In this document: positions 23,880 to 35,905 of the stretch, in pieces
How the letters are laid out: each line of letters begins with the position of its first letter
Numbering within the stretch: the stretch's first letter is position 1
DNA from: Ranitomeya imitator
Lineage: Eukaryota
Assembly: GCF_032444005.1 (NCBI RefSeq)
Contig: NC_091284.1
Coordinates: 415,090,001-415,154,000, forward strand
DNA: 64,000 bases
Direction: 5' to 3'
Notes under the pieces: generated by a model
What the model saw: the letters and a program-made list of their open reading frames with translations, nothing else
Told to the model about the DNA's origin: nothing
Database searches by the model: none
Program-made: the position numbers and the translations under genes

Positions 23880-24650
23880 GTCAGCCATTAGAATAGCCAG
23901 GAAGACCGCCGCGGCCGGCACACCCAGCCACACCTGACATGGGGCTGACACACACTCCTGTCACTCCGCAGAGCACGGAGCCGCTCTCATGACAGGCGCC
24001 CATTCACACTAATAACGCCGCCACCCTGCGTCCTCCGCACACACAGCCCGAGGCCACCCTAACGGGCACACATACACCGGCAAACCGTACCGGTCACCAC
24101 AGGAGCCCCGCCCTGCTCACCTCCGCCGCTGCCTCTCTCTGCCCCACTTCCGGCAGTCACCTCCCAGAATGCGCCGCGGGAAATCACTTCCGCGACACCT
24201 TGTGGGCGGGGCCTGGGAGCGCCGTTACCCGCGGGCGGCACTATTCTGCTGCAGTTGCGGTTTTCCGCTCCCTGGAGCAGTCGCGAGGCGCTATAGTTGT
24301 CGGTTATCTCAGTGTGTGGGGTTATATGGACTGCGGCACAGGACCCTTTACTGGTTGTTATTGCACGTGTCTGTTGCCCAATTTAAAGATGGCGGGAGCG
24401 ACCGCCTTAGATTCCCGGAATGTGGGCTGTTGCCATAGAGATAAGGAAGATCAAGCCATGACGTGGTCAGCGGATGACATAATCGGGAGCTCGAGGCTCG
24501 TTCTGTTACCAAAGATGGTCACATAAGTGGCAGGCGGGGGGCGGGGCCACTGATCAGTTACAGGTGCGGAGCGCAGGTCTCTGGGGGCCATGCAGGAGAG
24601 CGGTGTCTGGACCCTGCCTCGTGGGGTGAGAGAGCCTCTTCTCATGGACT
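23880..24650. promoter_or_regulatory. CpG island and CAP1 promoter, with a probable non-coding exon 1 ending at 24121
   Basis: CpG-rich. The minus strand reads CCGGAAGTG (ETS/GABP-like) ...GGCGGAG|GTGAGC (donor 24120-24116). GC boxes near 24205 and 24540, YY1-type AAGATGGCG at 24386-24394, E-box CACGTG near 24364. Confidence 0.75.
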
Positions 24651-26247
24651 GGTCGGGTCACATTCTGCTGCATCAACATTGTGTTATATACATTTAACAA
24701 GAGAGGACTCTGTAATAAAGAGAGAAATAAGAGGCCGTGTAATAAAGGACGGTGCTATACATACCAACAGCCGGTCCTATGTATTAATGGCACCACGCTG
24801 TATATAATAAGAGAGAACACTGTAATAAGAGGTGGCACCATAGTGAGAGCTGGTGCTGTACATAAGGAGAGAGGGTATTATGTTAGAACTAGTGTTTTAC
24901 ATATTGAGAGGAAGCTATGTACTAAGGAACAGTGCTAGACACAAGAAAATACACTATAGAGGGACCGTGTTATAGTAACAAAGGAGTATAGTATATACTA
25001 AAGAGTGTGCTATACATAACAATGGAGTACACTATACTAAGGGATGGTGCTGTATGGAACAAAGAAGTACACTATATACTAAAGGAAGTATAACAGAGTA
25101 AGGACACGGTCTGCATTTGGTGAGTTTTTTTACCTCAGTATTTATAAGCCAAAGTCAGGAGTGGGAAAGTATAATAGAAACTTGTCACCACTTCTGTATT
25201 TATCACCCGCGCCTGGTTTTAGCTTACAAATACTGAGATAAAATACTGAACGTGTCCTTAACTATATACTAAGGGATGGCGCTATAAATTATAAGGTTGC
25301 ATTCATGCATCCCTGTAACGTGGCAGTGTGCTCCCGATTTTTTCTCAGCACACAGACCCATTGAGTACGTCCCATTCTGATCTTCAAAATCAGATCATAA
25401 TAGAACCTGCTCTGGGTATCGCAGATTTGATTCTTGGAACTGTGAGTGAATGGATCTATAAAACTCTATGGTTCTGCGTGCCGTCCAGTAAAAAAAATCC
25501 TGACAACGCAAGGACATTTCTCACAAATGTGTGACTATAGCCTTAGGAAGGTGGAAGGTTGTTTCACAAACGAGTATCACTCCCATAATCGGTCATATTT
25601 AATACGGTGACCGCTGAGTTCTCATCTGATCGGTAGTTTTCTGTTTTTTATTCTGCGTCTGGTCAGACCTTCCATTGTTCTACCTTAGCGTGCTCATTTT
25701 TACCTAACACTTTTTTGGGGGCTGACATGGCCGCCTGGTGGTGGAGATGTTGGATGGCATGTGAGAATGGAAGCCACGCGCAGGATATTACGGTGACATG
25801 TCAGCGTGTGCTCCAGTGTGTAAAGTGCGTGACATCACCGGGCATCTGTCGTGGAATGCACACAGCACTGAATGATGCTACACATGCGACGCCGATTTGT
25901 GGAATTTTTGTGGTGCCTAATAATGATGCGCCAATAGGTGTTCGCACTGTGCAATACAGTGTGGAGCGTTTTCCATCTGCTGGAGATGACGTACACATAC
26001 TGTGAAATGCAATTTGTGTTCTGTCAACACCTGAAGCGGACATACTACGTATACATGTGCTTTACGTGTGAGGATTTAAACCTGTGGCTGGAGATACTGG
26101 ACAATGTGATTTTCTGTATTTTATTTTTGATATTCTATCTCTCAATGTTAAAATTAACCTACCCTTAAAATTATAGACTGTTCATGTCTTTGGATGAATC
26201 TGACTTAAGTTGGAAACTTGGGTCAAGAGGTGGCAGATGCAGTTTAA

Positions 26248-29200
26248 CCCCTTTACCACCCCCAAGGGTGGTTTGCACGTTAATGACCGGGCCAATTTTT
26301 ACAATTCTGACCACTGTCCCTTTATGAGGTTATAACTCTGGAACGCTTCAACGGATCCCGGTGATTCTGACACTGTTTTCTCGTGACATATTGTACTTCA
26401 TGATAGTGGTAAAATTTCTTTGATATTACCTGCGTTTATTTGTGAAAAAAAACGGAAATTTGGCAAAAATTTTGAACATTTCGCAATTTTCCAACTTTGA
26501 ATTTTTATGCAATTAAATCACAGAGATATGTCATACAAAATACAGTAACATTTCCCACATGTCTACTTTACATCAGCGCAATTTTGGAACCAAAAATTTT
26601 TTTTCTTAGGGAGTTATAAGGGTTAAAAGTTGACCAGCAATTTCTCATTTTTACAACACCATTTTTTTTTAGGGACCACATCTCATTTGAAGTCATTTTG
26701 AGGGGTCTATATGATAGAAAATACCCAAGTGTGACACCATTCTAAAAACTGCACCCCTCAAGGTGCTCAAAACCATATTCAAGAAGTTTATTAACCCTTC
26801 AGGTGCTTCACAGGAATTTTTTCAATGTTTAAATGTTTAAATAAAAATGAACATTTAACTTTTTTCACAAAAAATTTACTTCAGCTCCAATTTGTTTTAT
26901 TTTACCAAAGGTAACAGGAGAAAATGGACCCGAAAAGTTGTTTTACAATTTGTCCTGAGTACACCGATACCCCATATGTGGGGGTAAACCACTGTTTGGG
27001 CGCATGACAGAGCTCGGAAGCGAAGGAGCGCCATTTGACTTTTCAATGCAAAATTGATTGGAATCGAGAAGGGACACCATGTTGCGTTTGGAGAGCCCCT
27101 GATGTGCCTAAACATTGAAACCCCCCACAAGTGACACCATTTTGGAAAGTAGACCCCGAAATGAACTTATCTAGATGTGTTGTGAGAACTTTGACCCACC
27201 AAGTGCTTCACAGAAGTTTATAATGCAGAACCGTAAAAATAAAAAATCATATTTTTTCACAAAAATTATCTTTTCGCCCCCAATTTTTTATTTTCCCAAG
27301 GGTAAGAGAAGAAATTGGATGCCAAAAGTTGTTGTACAATTTGTCCTGAGAACGCTGATACCCCATATGTGGGGGTAAACCACTGTTTGGGCGCATGGGA
27401 GCGCTCGGAAGGGAAGGAGCGCCGTTTGACTTTTCAATGCAAAATTGACAGGAATTGAGATGGGACGCCATGTTGCCTATGGAGAGCAACCGATGTGCCT
27501 AAACATTGAAACCCCCCACAAGTGACACCATTTTGGAAAGTAGACCCCCTAAGGAACTTATCCAGATGTGTGGTGAGCAATTTGACCTATTAAATGATTC
27601 ACAGAAGTTTATAATTATAATACAGAGCCGTAAAAATAAAAAATCATATTTTTTCACAAAAATGATTTTTCACCCCCAATTTTTTATTTTCCCAAGGGTA
27701 AGAGAAGAAATTGGACGCCAAATTGTTGTACAATTTGTCCTGAGTACAACGATACCCCATATGTGGGGGTAAACCACTGTTTGGGGGCATGACAGAGCTC
27801 GGAAGCGAAGGAGCGCCATTTGACTTTTCAATGCAAAATTGACTGGAATCGAGAAGGGACACCATGTTGCGTATGGAAATCCCCTGATGTGCCTAAACAT
27901 TGAAACCCCCCACAAGTGACACCATTTTGGAAAGTAGACCCCCTAAGGAACTTATCTAGAGGTGTGGTGAGCACTTTCACCCACCAAGTGCTTCACAGAA
28001 GTTTATAATGCAGAACCGTAAAAATAAAAAATCATATTTTTTCACAAAAATTATCTTTTCGCCCCCAATTTTTTATTTTTCCAAGGGTAAGAGAAGAAAT
28101 TGGACCCCAAAAGTTGTTGTACAATTTGTCCCGAGTACGCTGATACCCCATATGTGGGGGTAAACCACTGTTTGGGCACATGGGAGAGCTCGGAAGGGAA
28201 GGAGCGCCGTTTGACATATCAATGCAAAATTGACAGGAATTGAGATGGGACACCATGTTGCGTTTGGAGAGCCACTGATGTGCTTAAACATTGAAACCCC
28301 CCACAAGTGACACCATTTTGGAAAGTAGACCTCCTAAGGAACTTATCCAGATGTGTGGTGAGCACTTTGACCCATTAAGTGATTCACAGAAGTTTATAAT
28401 ACAGAGCCGTAAAAATAAAAAATCATATTTTTTCACAAAAATGATCTTTTCACACCCAACTTTTTATTTTCCCAAGGGTAAGAGAAGAAATTGGACCCAA
28501 AAGTTGTACAATTTGTCCTGAGTACGCTGATACCTTATATGTGGGGGTAAACCACTGTTTGGGCGCAAGGGAGAGCTCGGAAGGGAAGGAGCGCCGTTTA
28601 ACTTTTCAATGCAAAATTGACAGGAATTGAGATGGGACGCCATGTTGCGTTTGGAGAGCCACTGATGTGCCTAAATATTGAAACCCCCCATAAGTGACAC
28701 CGTTTTGGAAAGTAGACCCCCTAAGGAACTTATCTAGATGTGTGGTGAGCACTTTAACCCACCAAGTGCTTCACAGAAGTTTACAATGCAGAGCCGTAAA
28801 AATAAAAAATCATTTTTTTCACAAAAAATGATCTTTTCACCCCCAATTTTTTATTTTCCCAAGGGTAAGAGAAGAAATTGGACCCCAAAAGTTGTTGTAC
28901 AATTTGTCCTGAGTTCGCTGGTACCCCATATGTGGGGGTAAACCACTGTTTTGGCGCAAGGGAGAGCTCAGAAGGGAAGGAGCGCCGTTTGACTTTTCAA
29001 TGCAAAATTGACAGGAATTGAGATGGGACGCCATGATGTGTTTGGAGAGCCACTGATGTGCCTAAATATTGAAACCCCCCATAAGTGACACCATTTTCAA
29101 AAGTAGACCCCCTAATGAACTTATCTAGATGTGTGGTCAGCACTCTATATTACCAAGTGCTTCACAGAAGTTTATAATGCAGAGCCGTAAAAATAAAAAA

Positions 29201-31937
29201 TCATATTTTTTCACAAAAATGATCTTTTCACCCCCAAGTTTTTATTTTCCCAAGGGTAAGAGAAGAAATTGGACTCCTAAAGTTGTTGTACAATTTGTCC
29301 TGAGTACGCTGATACCCCATATGTGGGGGTAAATCACTGGGCGCATGGCAGAGCTCGGAAGGGAAGGAGCACCATTTGACTTTTCAATGCAAAATTGACT
29401 GGAATTGAGATGGGACGCCATGTTGCATTTTGAGAGCAGCTGATGTGCCTAAACATTGAAACCCCCCACAAGTGACACCATTTTGGAAAGTATACCCCGT
29501 AAGGAACTCATCTAGATGTGTTGTGAGAGCTTTGTGCCCCCAAGTGCTTCACTACAGTTTATAACGCAGAGCCGTGAAAATAATTTTTTTTCCCACAAAA
29601 ATTATTTTTTAGCCCCCAGTTTTGTATTTTCCCAAGGGTAACAGGAGAAATTGGACCACAAAAGTTGTTGTCCAATTTGTCTTGAGTACGCTGATAGACC
29701 ATATGTGGGGGGATCCACCATTTGGGCGCATGGGAGAGCTCGGAAGGGAAGGAGCGCCATTTGGAATGCAGACTTAGATGGAATGGTTTGCAGGCGTCAC
29801 ATTGCGTTTGCAGAGCCCCTAATGTACCTAAACAGTAGAAACCCCCCACAAGTGACCCCATATTGGAAACTAGACCCCCCAAAGAACTCATCTAGATGTG
29901 TTGTGAGAACTTTGAACCCCCAAGTGTATCACTACAGTTTATAAAGCAGAGCCGTTAAAATAAAAAATCCTTTTGTTTCTGCAAAAATTATTTTTTAGCC
30001 TCCAGTTTTGTATTTTTCAAGGGTAACAGTTGAAATTGAACCCCAAAAGTTGTTGTACAATTTGTCCTGAGTATGCTAATACCCAATATGTGGGGGAGAA
30101 CCACCGTTTGGGTGCATGGCAGAGCTCGGAAAGGGAAGGAGCGCCATTTGGAATGCAGACTTGGATTGGTCTGCAGGCGTCACGTTGCATTTGCAGAGCC
30201 CCTCATGTAGCTAAACAGTAGAAAGCCCCCACAAGTGACACTATATTGGAAACTAGACCCCCAAAGGAACTTATATAGATGTGTTGTGAGAACTTTGAAA
30301 CCCCCAAGTGTTTCCCTACAGTTTATAACGCAGAGCCGTGAAAATAAAAAATCTTTTTTTTCCACAAAAATTATTTTTTAGCCCCCCAGTTTTGTATTTT
30401 CCCAAGGGTAACAGGAGAAATTGGACCCCAAAAGTTGTTGTCCAATGTGTCCTGAGTACGCTGATACCCCATATGTTAGGGTACACCCCTGTTTGGGCGC
30501 ACGGGAGAGCTCGGAAGGGAAGGAGCACTGTTTTACTTTTTCAATGCAGAATTGGATGAAGGGGGGTTTGATTTACTATTTATAGCGGGTTTTTTATCGG
30601 ATTTTTATGACTGGCAGCCGTCACACACTAAAAGACGCTTTTTATTGCAACAAATATTTTTTGCGTTACTACATTTTGAGAACTACAATTTTTCCATATT
30701 TTGGTCCACAGAGTCATGTGAGGTCTTGTTTTTTGCGGGACGAGTTGACGTTTTTATTGGTAACATTTTCGGGCACGTGACTTTTTTATCGCTTTTTATT
30801 CCGATTTTTGTGAGGCAGAATGACCAAAAACCAGCTATTCATGAATTTCTTTTGGGGGAGGCGTTTATACCGTTCCCTGTTTGGTAAAATGGATAAAGCA
30901 GTTTTATTCTTTGGGTCAGTACGATTACAGCGATACCTCATTTATATCATTTTTTTATGTTTTGGCGCTTTTATACGATAAAAACTATTTTATAGAAAAA
31001 ATAATTATTTTTGCATCGCTTTATTCTGAGGACTATAACTTTTTTATTTTTTCGCTGATGATGCTGTATGGTGGCTCGCTTTTTGCGGGACAAGATGACG
31101 TTTTCAGCGGTACCATGGGTATTTATATCTGTCTTTTTGATCGCATGTTATTCCACTTTTTGTTCGGCGGTATGATAATAAAGCGTAGTTTTTTGCCTTT
31201 TTTTACGGTGTTCACTGAAGGGGTTAACTAGTAAGACAGTTTTCTAGGTCGGGTCGTTACGGACGCGGTGATACTAAGTATGTGTACTTTTATTTTTTTA
31301 TTAATTTATATAAAGGAATGTATTTATTGGAACAATATTTTTTATTATTATTTATTTAGGAATGTTTTTTTTTCACACATGTAAAAAAATTTTTTTTTAC
31401 TTTGCCCCAGGGGGGAGGGGCATTACATTTTATTGACAGATCGCTGATCTGACACTTTGCTGTGCACTGTGTCAGATCAGCGATCACACAGGCACAGCAG
31501 GGAGGCTTACCAGCGCTTGTTCTGCGCAGGTGCTGGTAAGCCACCTCCCTGCAGGACTCGGATGCAGCCCCGCGGCCATTTTTGATCTGGGCCTGCAGGG
31601 AGGAGGAGGTAAGAGACCCTTGCAGCAACGCGATCACATCGCGTTGCTGCGAGGGTCTCAGGGAAGCACGCAGGGAGACCCTTCCCTGCGCGATGCTTCC
31701 CTATACCAATGGAACACTGCGATCATGTTTGATCACAGTGTGCCGGGGGTTAATGTGCCGAGGGCGGTCCGTGACCGCTCCTGGCACATAGTGCCGGATG
31801 TCAGCTGCGATAGTCAGCTGACACATGGCCGCGCTCCCCCGTGAACGCGGCTGATCGCTCTGCACGTACTATTCCGTCCTTGGGAAGTAGGGCCCACCCC
31901 ACATGGACGAAATAGTACGTCCAATGGTAGAAAGGGG
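26248..31937 (+). mobile_element. Large non-autonomous TTAA-targeting element (piggyBac-like CCCC...GGGG termini), copy 1
   Basis: TTAA at 26244-26247 and 31938-31941; about 650-bp terminal region, tandem array, GC-rich end; no transposase ORF. Confidence 0.75.
26725..30550 (+). repeat. Tandem array of about 390-bp units (roughly 9-10 copies, two subtypes)
   Basis: Marker CCCCACAAGTGACACCATTTTGG recurs near 27120, 27510, 27905, 28296, 28682, 29073, 29460, 29840 and 30225. Confidence 0.92.
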
Positions 31938-32327
31938 TTAAAGATTTTTCTGTATTTTCATGACTATGAAAATTGTACATTCACACTGAAGGCATCAAAA
32001 CTGTGAATTAACACATGTGGAATTATATACTTTACAAAAAAGTGTGAAACAACTGAAATTATGTCTTATATTCTAGGTTCTTCAAAGTAGGCAAGAGAAT
32101 GCCAAGAGTGTGCAAAGCACTCATCAAAGCAAAAGGTGGCTACTTTAAAGAACCTAGAATATAAGACATATTTTCAGTTGTTTCACACTTTTTTGTTAAG
32201 TATATAATTCCACATGTGTTATTTCATAGTTTTGATGCCTTCAATGTGAATGTACAATTTTCATAGTCATGAAAATACAGAAAAATCTTTAAATGAGAAG
32301 GTGTGTCCAAACTTTTGGTCTGTACTG
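31938..32327 (+). mobile_element. Internally deleted derivative of the 8751-10371 Tc1 family, left tip missing
   Basis: Left-arm sequence is joined at CAAAGTAG|GCAAGAGAATGCC directly to the right arm; ends GGTCTGTACTG-TA. Confidence 0.88.
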
Positions 32328-32329
32328 TA

Positions 32330-32706
32330 TATTGCTCTGTACAGTATAATGAGCCCCATATATTGTTCCATACAGTATAATGAGCTCCATATAATGCTCC
32401 AAACAGTATAAGTAGCCCCATATAATGCTCTATACAGTATAATGAGCCCCATATATTGCTCCATACATAATGGACCCCATATAATGTTCAATACACTATA
32501 TGATGGGCCCCATATAATGCTCCAGTATATGATAGGCCCCATATATTGCTCTGAACAGAATGGGCCCCATATAATGCTCCATATATAATGGGCCCCATAT
32601 ATGATTCTCCATTGTATGATGGGCCCGATATAATGGGTCCCATATATGCTGCTCCAAGTGAATGATGGGCCCCATATAATGCTCCATATATAATGGGCCC
32701 CATATA
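32330..32706. repeat. Minisatellite (about 28-30 bp, ATATAATGGGCCCCATATAATGCTCC), continuing at 38667-38830
   Basis: Repeats are directly visible; the array is split by the L2 insertion. Confidence 0.85.
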
Positions 32707-35605
32707 TGCCTCCAAATTGCTGGAGCAACACGTCCATCTTGAACTGTCCTCCCACTTCTCCTCCTGCTCCCTCTTTGATCGGTTACAATCAGGCTTCCGT
32801 TCCCATCACTCAACTGAAACTGCCCTAACTAAAGTCACCAATGACCTACTAACTGCCAGGAGCAAGCGACACTACTCTGTCCTCCTTCTCTTGGACCTGT
32901 CTTCTGCCTTTGACACTGTGGACCACTCCCTTTTGCTACAAATCCTCTCATCCCTTGGCATCACAGACTTGGCCCTTTCCTGGATCTCGTCATATCTGAC
33001 AGACCGAACATTCAGTGTCTCCCTCCCCCACACCACCTCCTCACTTCGCCCCTTGTCAGTCGGTGTTCCTCAAGGCTCTGTTCTAGGACCCCTACTCTTC
33101 TCCATCTACACTTTCGGCCTGGGACAGCTCATAGAATCCCACGGTTTGCAGTACCATCTCTACGCTGATGACACGCAGATCTACCTCTCCGGACCTGACC
33201 TCTCCTCCTTGCTTACCAAAATCCCGCACTGTCTGTCTGCCATTTCAGCCTTCTTTTCTGCTCGCTTTCTACAACTGAACATGGACAAAACAGAATTCAT
33301 CATCTTTCCCCATCTCACTCTACCCCTCCACCAGACCTATCCATCAATGTCAATGGCTGCTCACTATCCCCAGTCCCACACGCCCGATGCCTCGGGGTGA
33401 TCCTCGACTCCGCCCTCTCTTTCAAGCCACATATCCAGACCCTTGCCTCCTCCTGTCGTCTCAAACTCAAAAATATTTCCCGGATCCGTGCTTTCCTTGA
33501 CCGCAACACTGCAAAAACGCTAGTGCATGCCCTTATCATCTCCCGCCTCGACTACTGCAACCTCCTACTCTCTGGACTCCCCTCTAGCACTCTGGCACCA
33601 CTCCAATCCATCCTACACTCTGCTGCCCGACTAATCCACCTGTCCCCCCGCTATTCCCCAGCCTCTCCACTGTGTCAAGCCCTTCACTGGCTTCCTATCG
33701 CCCAGAGACTCCAGTTCAAAACCCTCACACTGACATACAAAGCTATCCACAACCTGTCTCCTCCATACATCTATGACATGGTCTCCCGGTACCTACCTAC
33801 ACGCAACCTCCGATCCTCCCAAGACCTCCTTCTCTACTCCCCTCTCATCTCTTCTTCCCACAACCGCATCCAAGACTTCTCCCGTGCTTCCCCCATACTC
33901 TGGAACTCTCTACCCCAACATATCAGACTCGCGCCTACCATAGAAACCTTCAAAAAGAACCTGAAGACTCATCTCTTCCGACAAGCCTACAGCCTGCAGT
34001 GATCCTCAACCTACTGAACAGCCGCACAGCCAGCTCTTCCCTCTCCTAGTGTATCCTCACCCACCCCCTGCAGACTGTGAGCCCTCGCGGGCAGGGTCCT
34101 CCCTCCTTATGTACTCGTGTGCCTTGTTATCTGCTTATGTTTAACCCCTCTGTGACCTTAGACGTACTATCCCGTCGAGGTGCCCTGGGCTTATCTGACC
34201 CTGGACGGGATAGTACGTCATAGCCGATCGGCCGCGCTCACGGGGGGAGCGCGGCCGATCGCGGCCGGGTGTCAGCTGCTTATCGCAGCTGACATCCGGC
34301 ACTATGTGCCAGGAGCGGTCACGGACCGCCCCCGGCACATTAACCCCTGGCACACCGCGATCAAAGATGATCGCGATGTGCCGGCGGTGCAGGGAAGCAC
34401 CGCGCAGGGAGGGGGCTCCCTGCGGGCTTCCCTGAGCCCCCCGCAGCAACGCGATGTGATCGCGTTGCTGCGAGGGTCTCACCTCCCTCCCTGCTTCCTC
34501 CAGCCCCGGATCCAAGATGGCCGCGGATCCGGGTCCTGCAGGGAGGGAGGTGGCTTCACAGAGCCTGCTCAGAGCAGGCACTGTGAAGGCTGCAGCGCTG
34601 CTAGTCAGATCAGTGATCTGACAGAGTGCTGTGCAAACTGTCAGATCACTGATCTGTGATGTCCCCCCCGGGACAAAGTAAAAAAGTTAAAAAAAAAATT
34701 TCCAAATGTGTAAAAAAAAAATATTCTAAAATAATGACAAAAAAAAAAAAATATTATTCCCATAAATACATTTCTTCGTCTAAATAAAAAAAAAAAAACA
34801 ATAAAAGTACACATATTTAGTATCGCCGCGTCCGTAACGACCCGACCTATAAAACTGGCCCACTAGTTAACCCCTTCAGTAAACACCGTAAGAAAAAAAA
34901 AAAAAAAAAAACGAGGCAAAAAACAACGCTTTATTATCATACCGCCGAACAAAAAGTGGAATAACACGCGATCAAAAGGACAGATATAAATAACCATGGT
35001 ACCGCTGAAAACGTCATCTTGTCCCACAAAAAACGAGCCGCCATACAGCATCATTAGCAAAAAAATAAAAAAGTTATAGTCCTGAGAATAAAGCGATGCA
35101 AAAATAATTATTTTTTCTGTAAAATAGTTTTTATCGTATAAAAGCGCCAAAACATAAAAAAATGATATAAATGAGGTATCGCTGTAATCGTACTGACCCG
35201 CAGAATAAAACTGCTTTATCAATTTTACCAAACACGGAACGGTATAAACGCCTCCCCCAATAGAAATTCATGAATAGCTGGTTTTTGGTCATTCTTCCTC
35301 ACAAAAATCGGAATAAAAAGCGATCAAAAAATGTCACGTGCCCAAAAATGTTTTCAATAAAAACGTCAACTCGTCCCGCAAAAAACAAGACCTCACATTA
35401 CTCTGTGGACCAAAGTATGGTAAAATTATAGCTCTCAAAATATGGTATTGCAAAAAATATTTTTTGCAATAAAAAGCGTCTTTCAGTGTGTGACGGCTGC
35501 CAATCATAAAAATCCGCTAAAAAACTCGCTATAAAAGTAAATCAAACCCCCCTTCATCACCCCCTTAGTTAGGGAAAAATAAAAAAATGTATTTATTTCC
35601 ATTTT

Positions 35606-35756
35606 NNNNNNNNNNNNNNNNNNNNNNNNNNNNNNNNNNNNNNNNNNNNNNNNNNNNNNNNNNNNNNNNNNNNNNNNNNNNNNNNNNNNNNNNNNNNNNN
35701 NNNNNNNNNNNNNNNNNNNNNNNNNNNNNNNNNNNNNNNNNNNNNNNNNNNNNNNN
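35606..35756. other. Assembly gap (151 N)
   Basis: Run of N. Confidence 1.
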
Positions 35757-35905
35757 GGGTTGGGGCTAAAGTTAGGGTTAGGGTTTAGATTACATTTACA
35801 GTTGGGAATAGGGTTGGGATTAGGGTTAGGGGTGTGTCAGGGTTAGAGGTGTGGTTAGGGTTACCGTTGGAATTAGGGTTAGGGGTGTGTTTAGATTAGG
35901 GTTTC
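35757..35905 (+). repeat. Degenerate telomere-like (TTAGGG) tract
   Basis: About eight exact TTAGGG hexamers, several in tandem pairs, mixed with variants. Confidence 0.75.

Noticed and set aside
24200-24526. 108-aa plus-strand ORF in the CpG island as a divergent protein-coding gene
   Set aside because: No recognisable homology and no downstream exons; long ORFs are expected in GC-rich DNA.
35757-35905. True telomere or chromosome-fusion site
   Set aside because: The tract is short, degenerate and single-orientation, and it is embedded within a mobile element on both sides.
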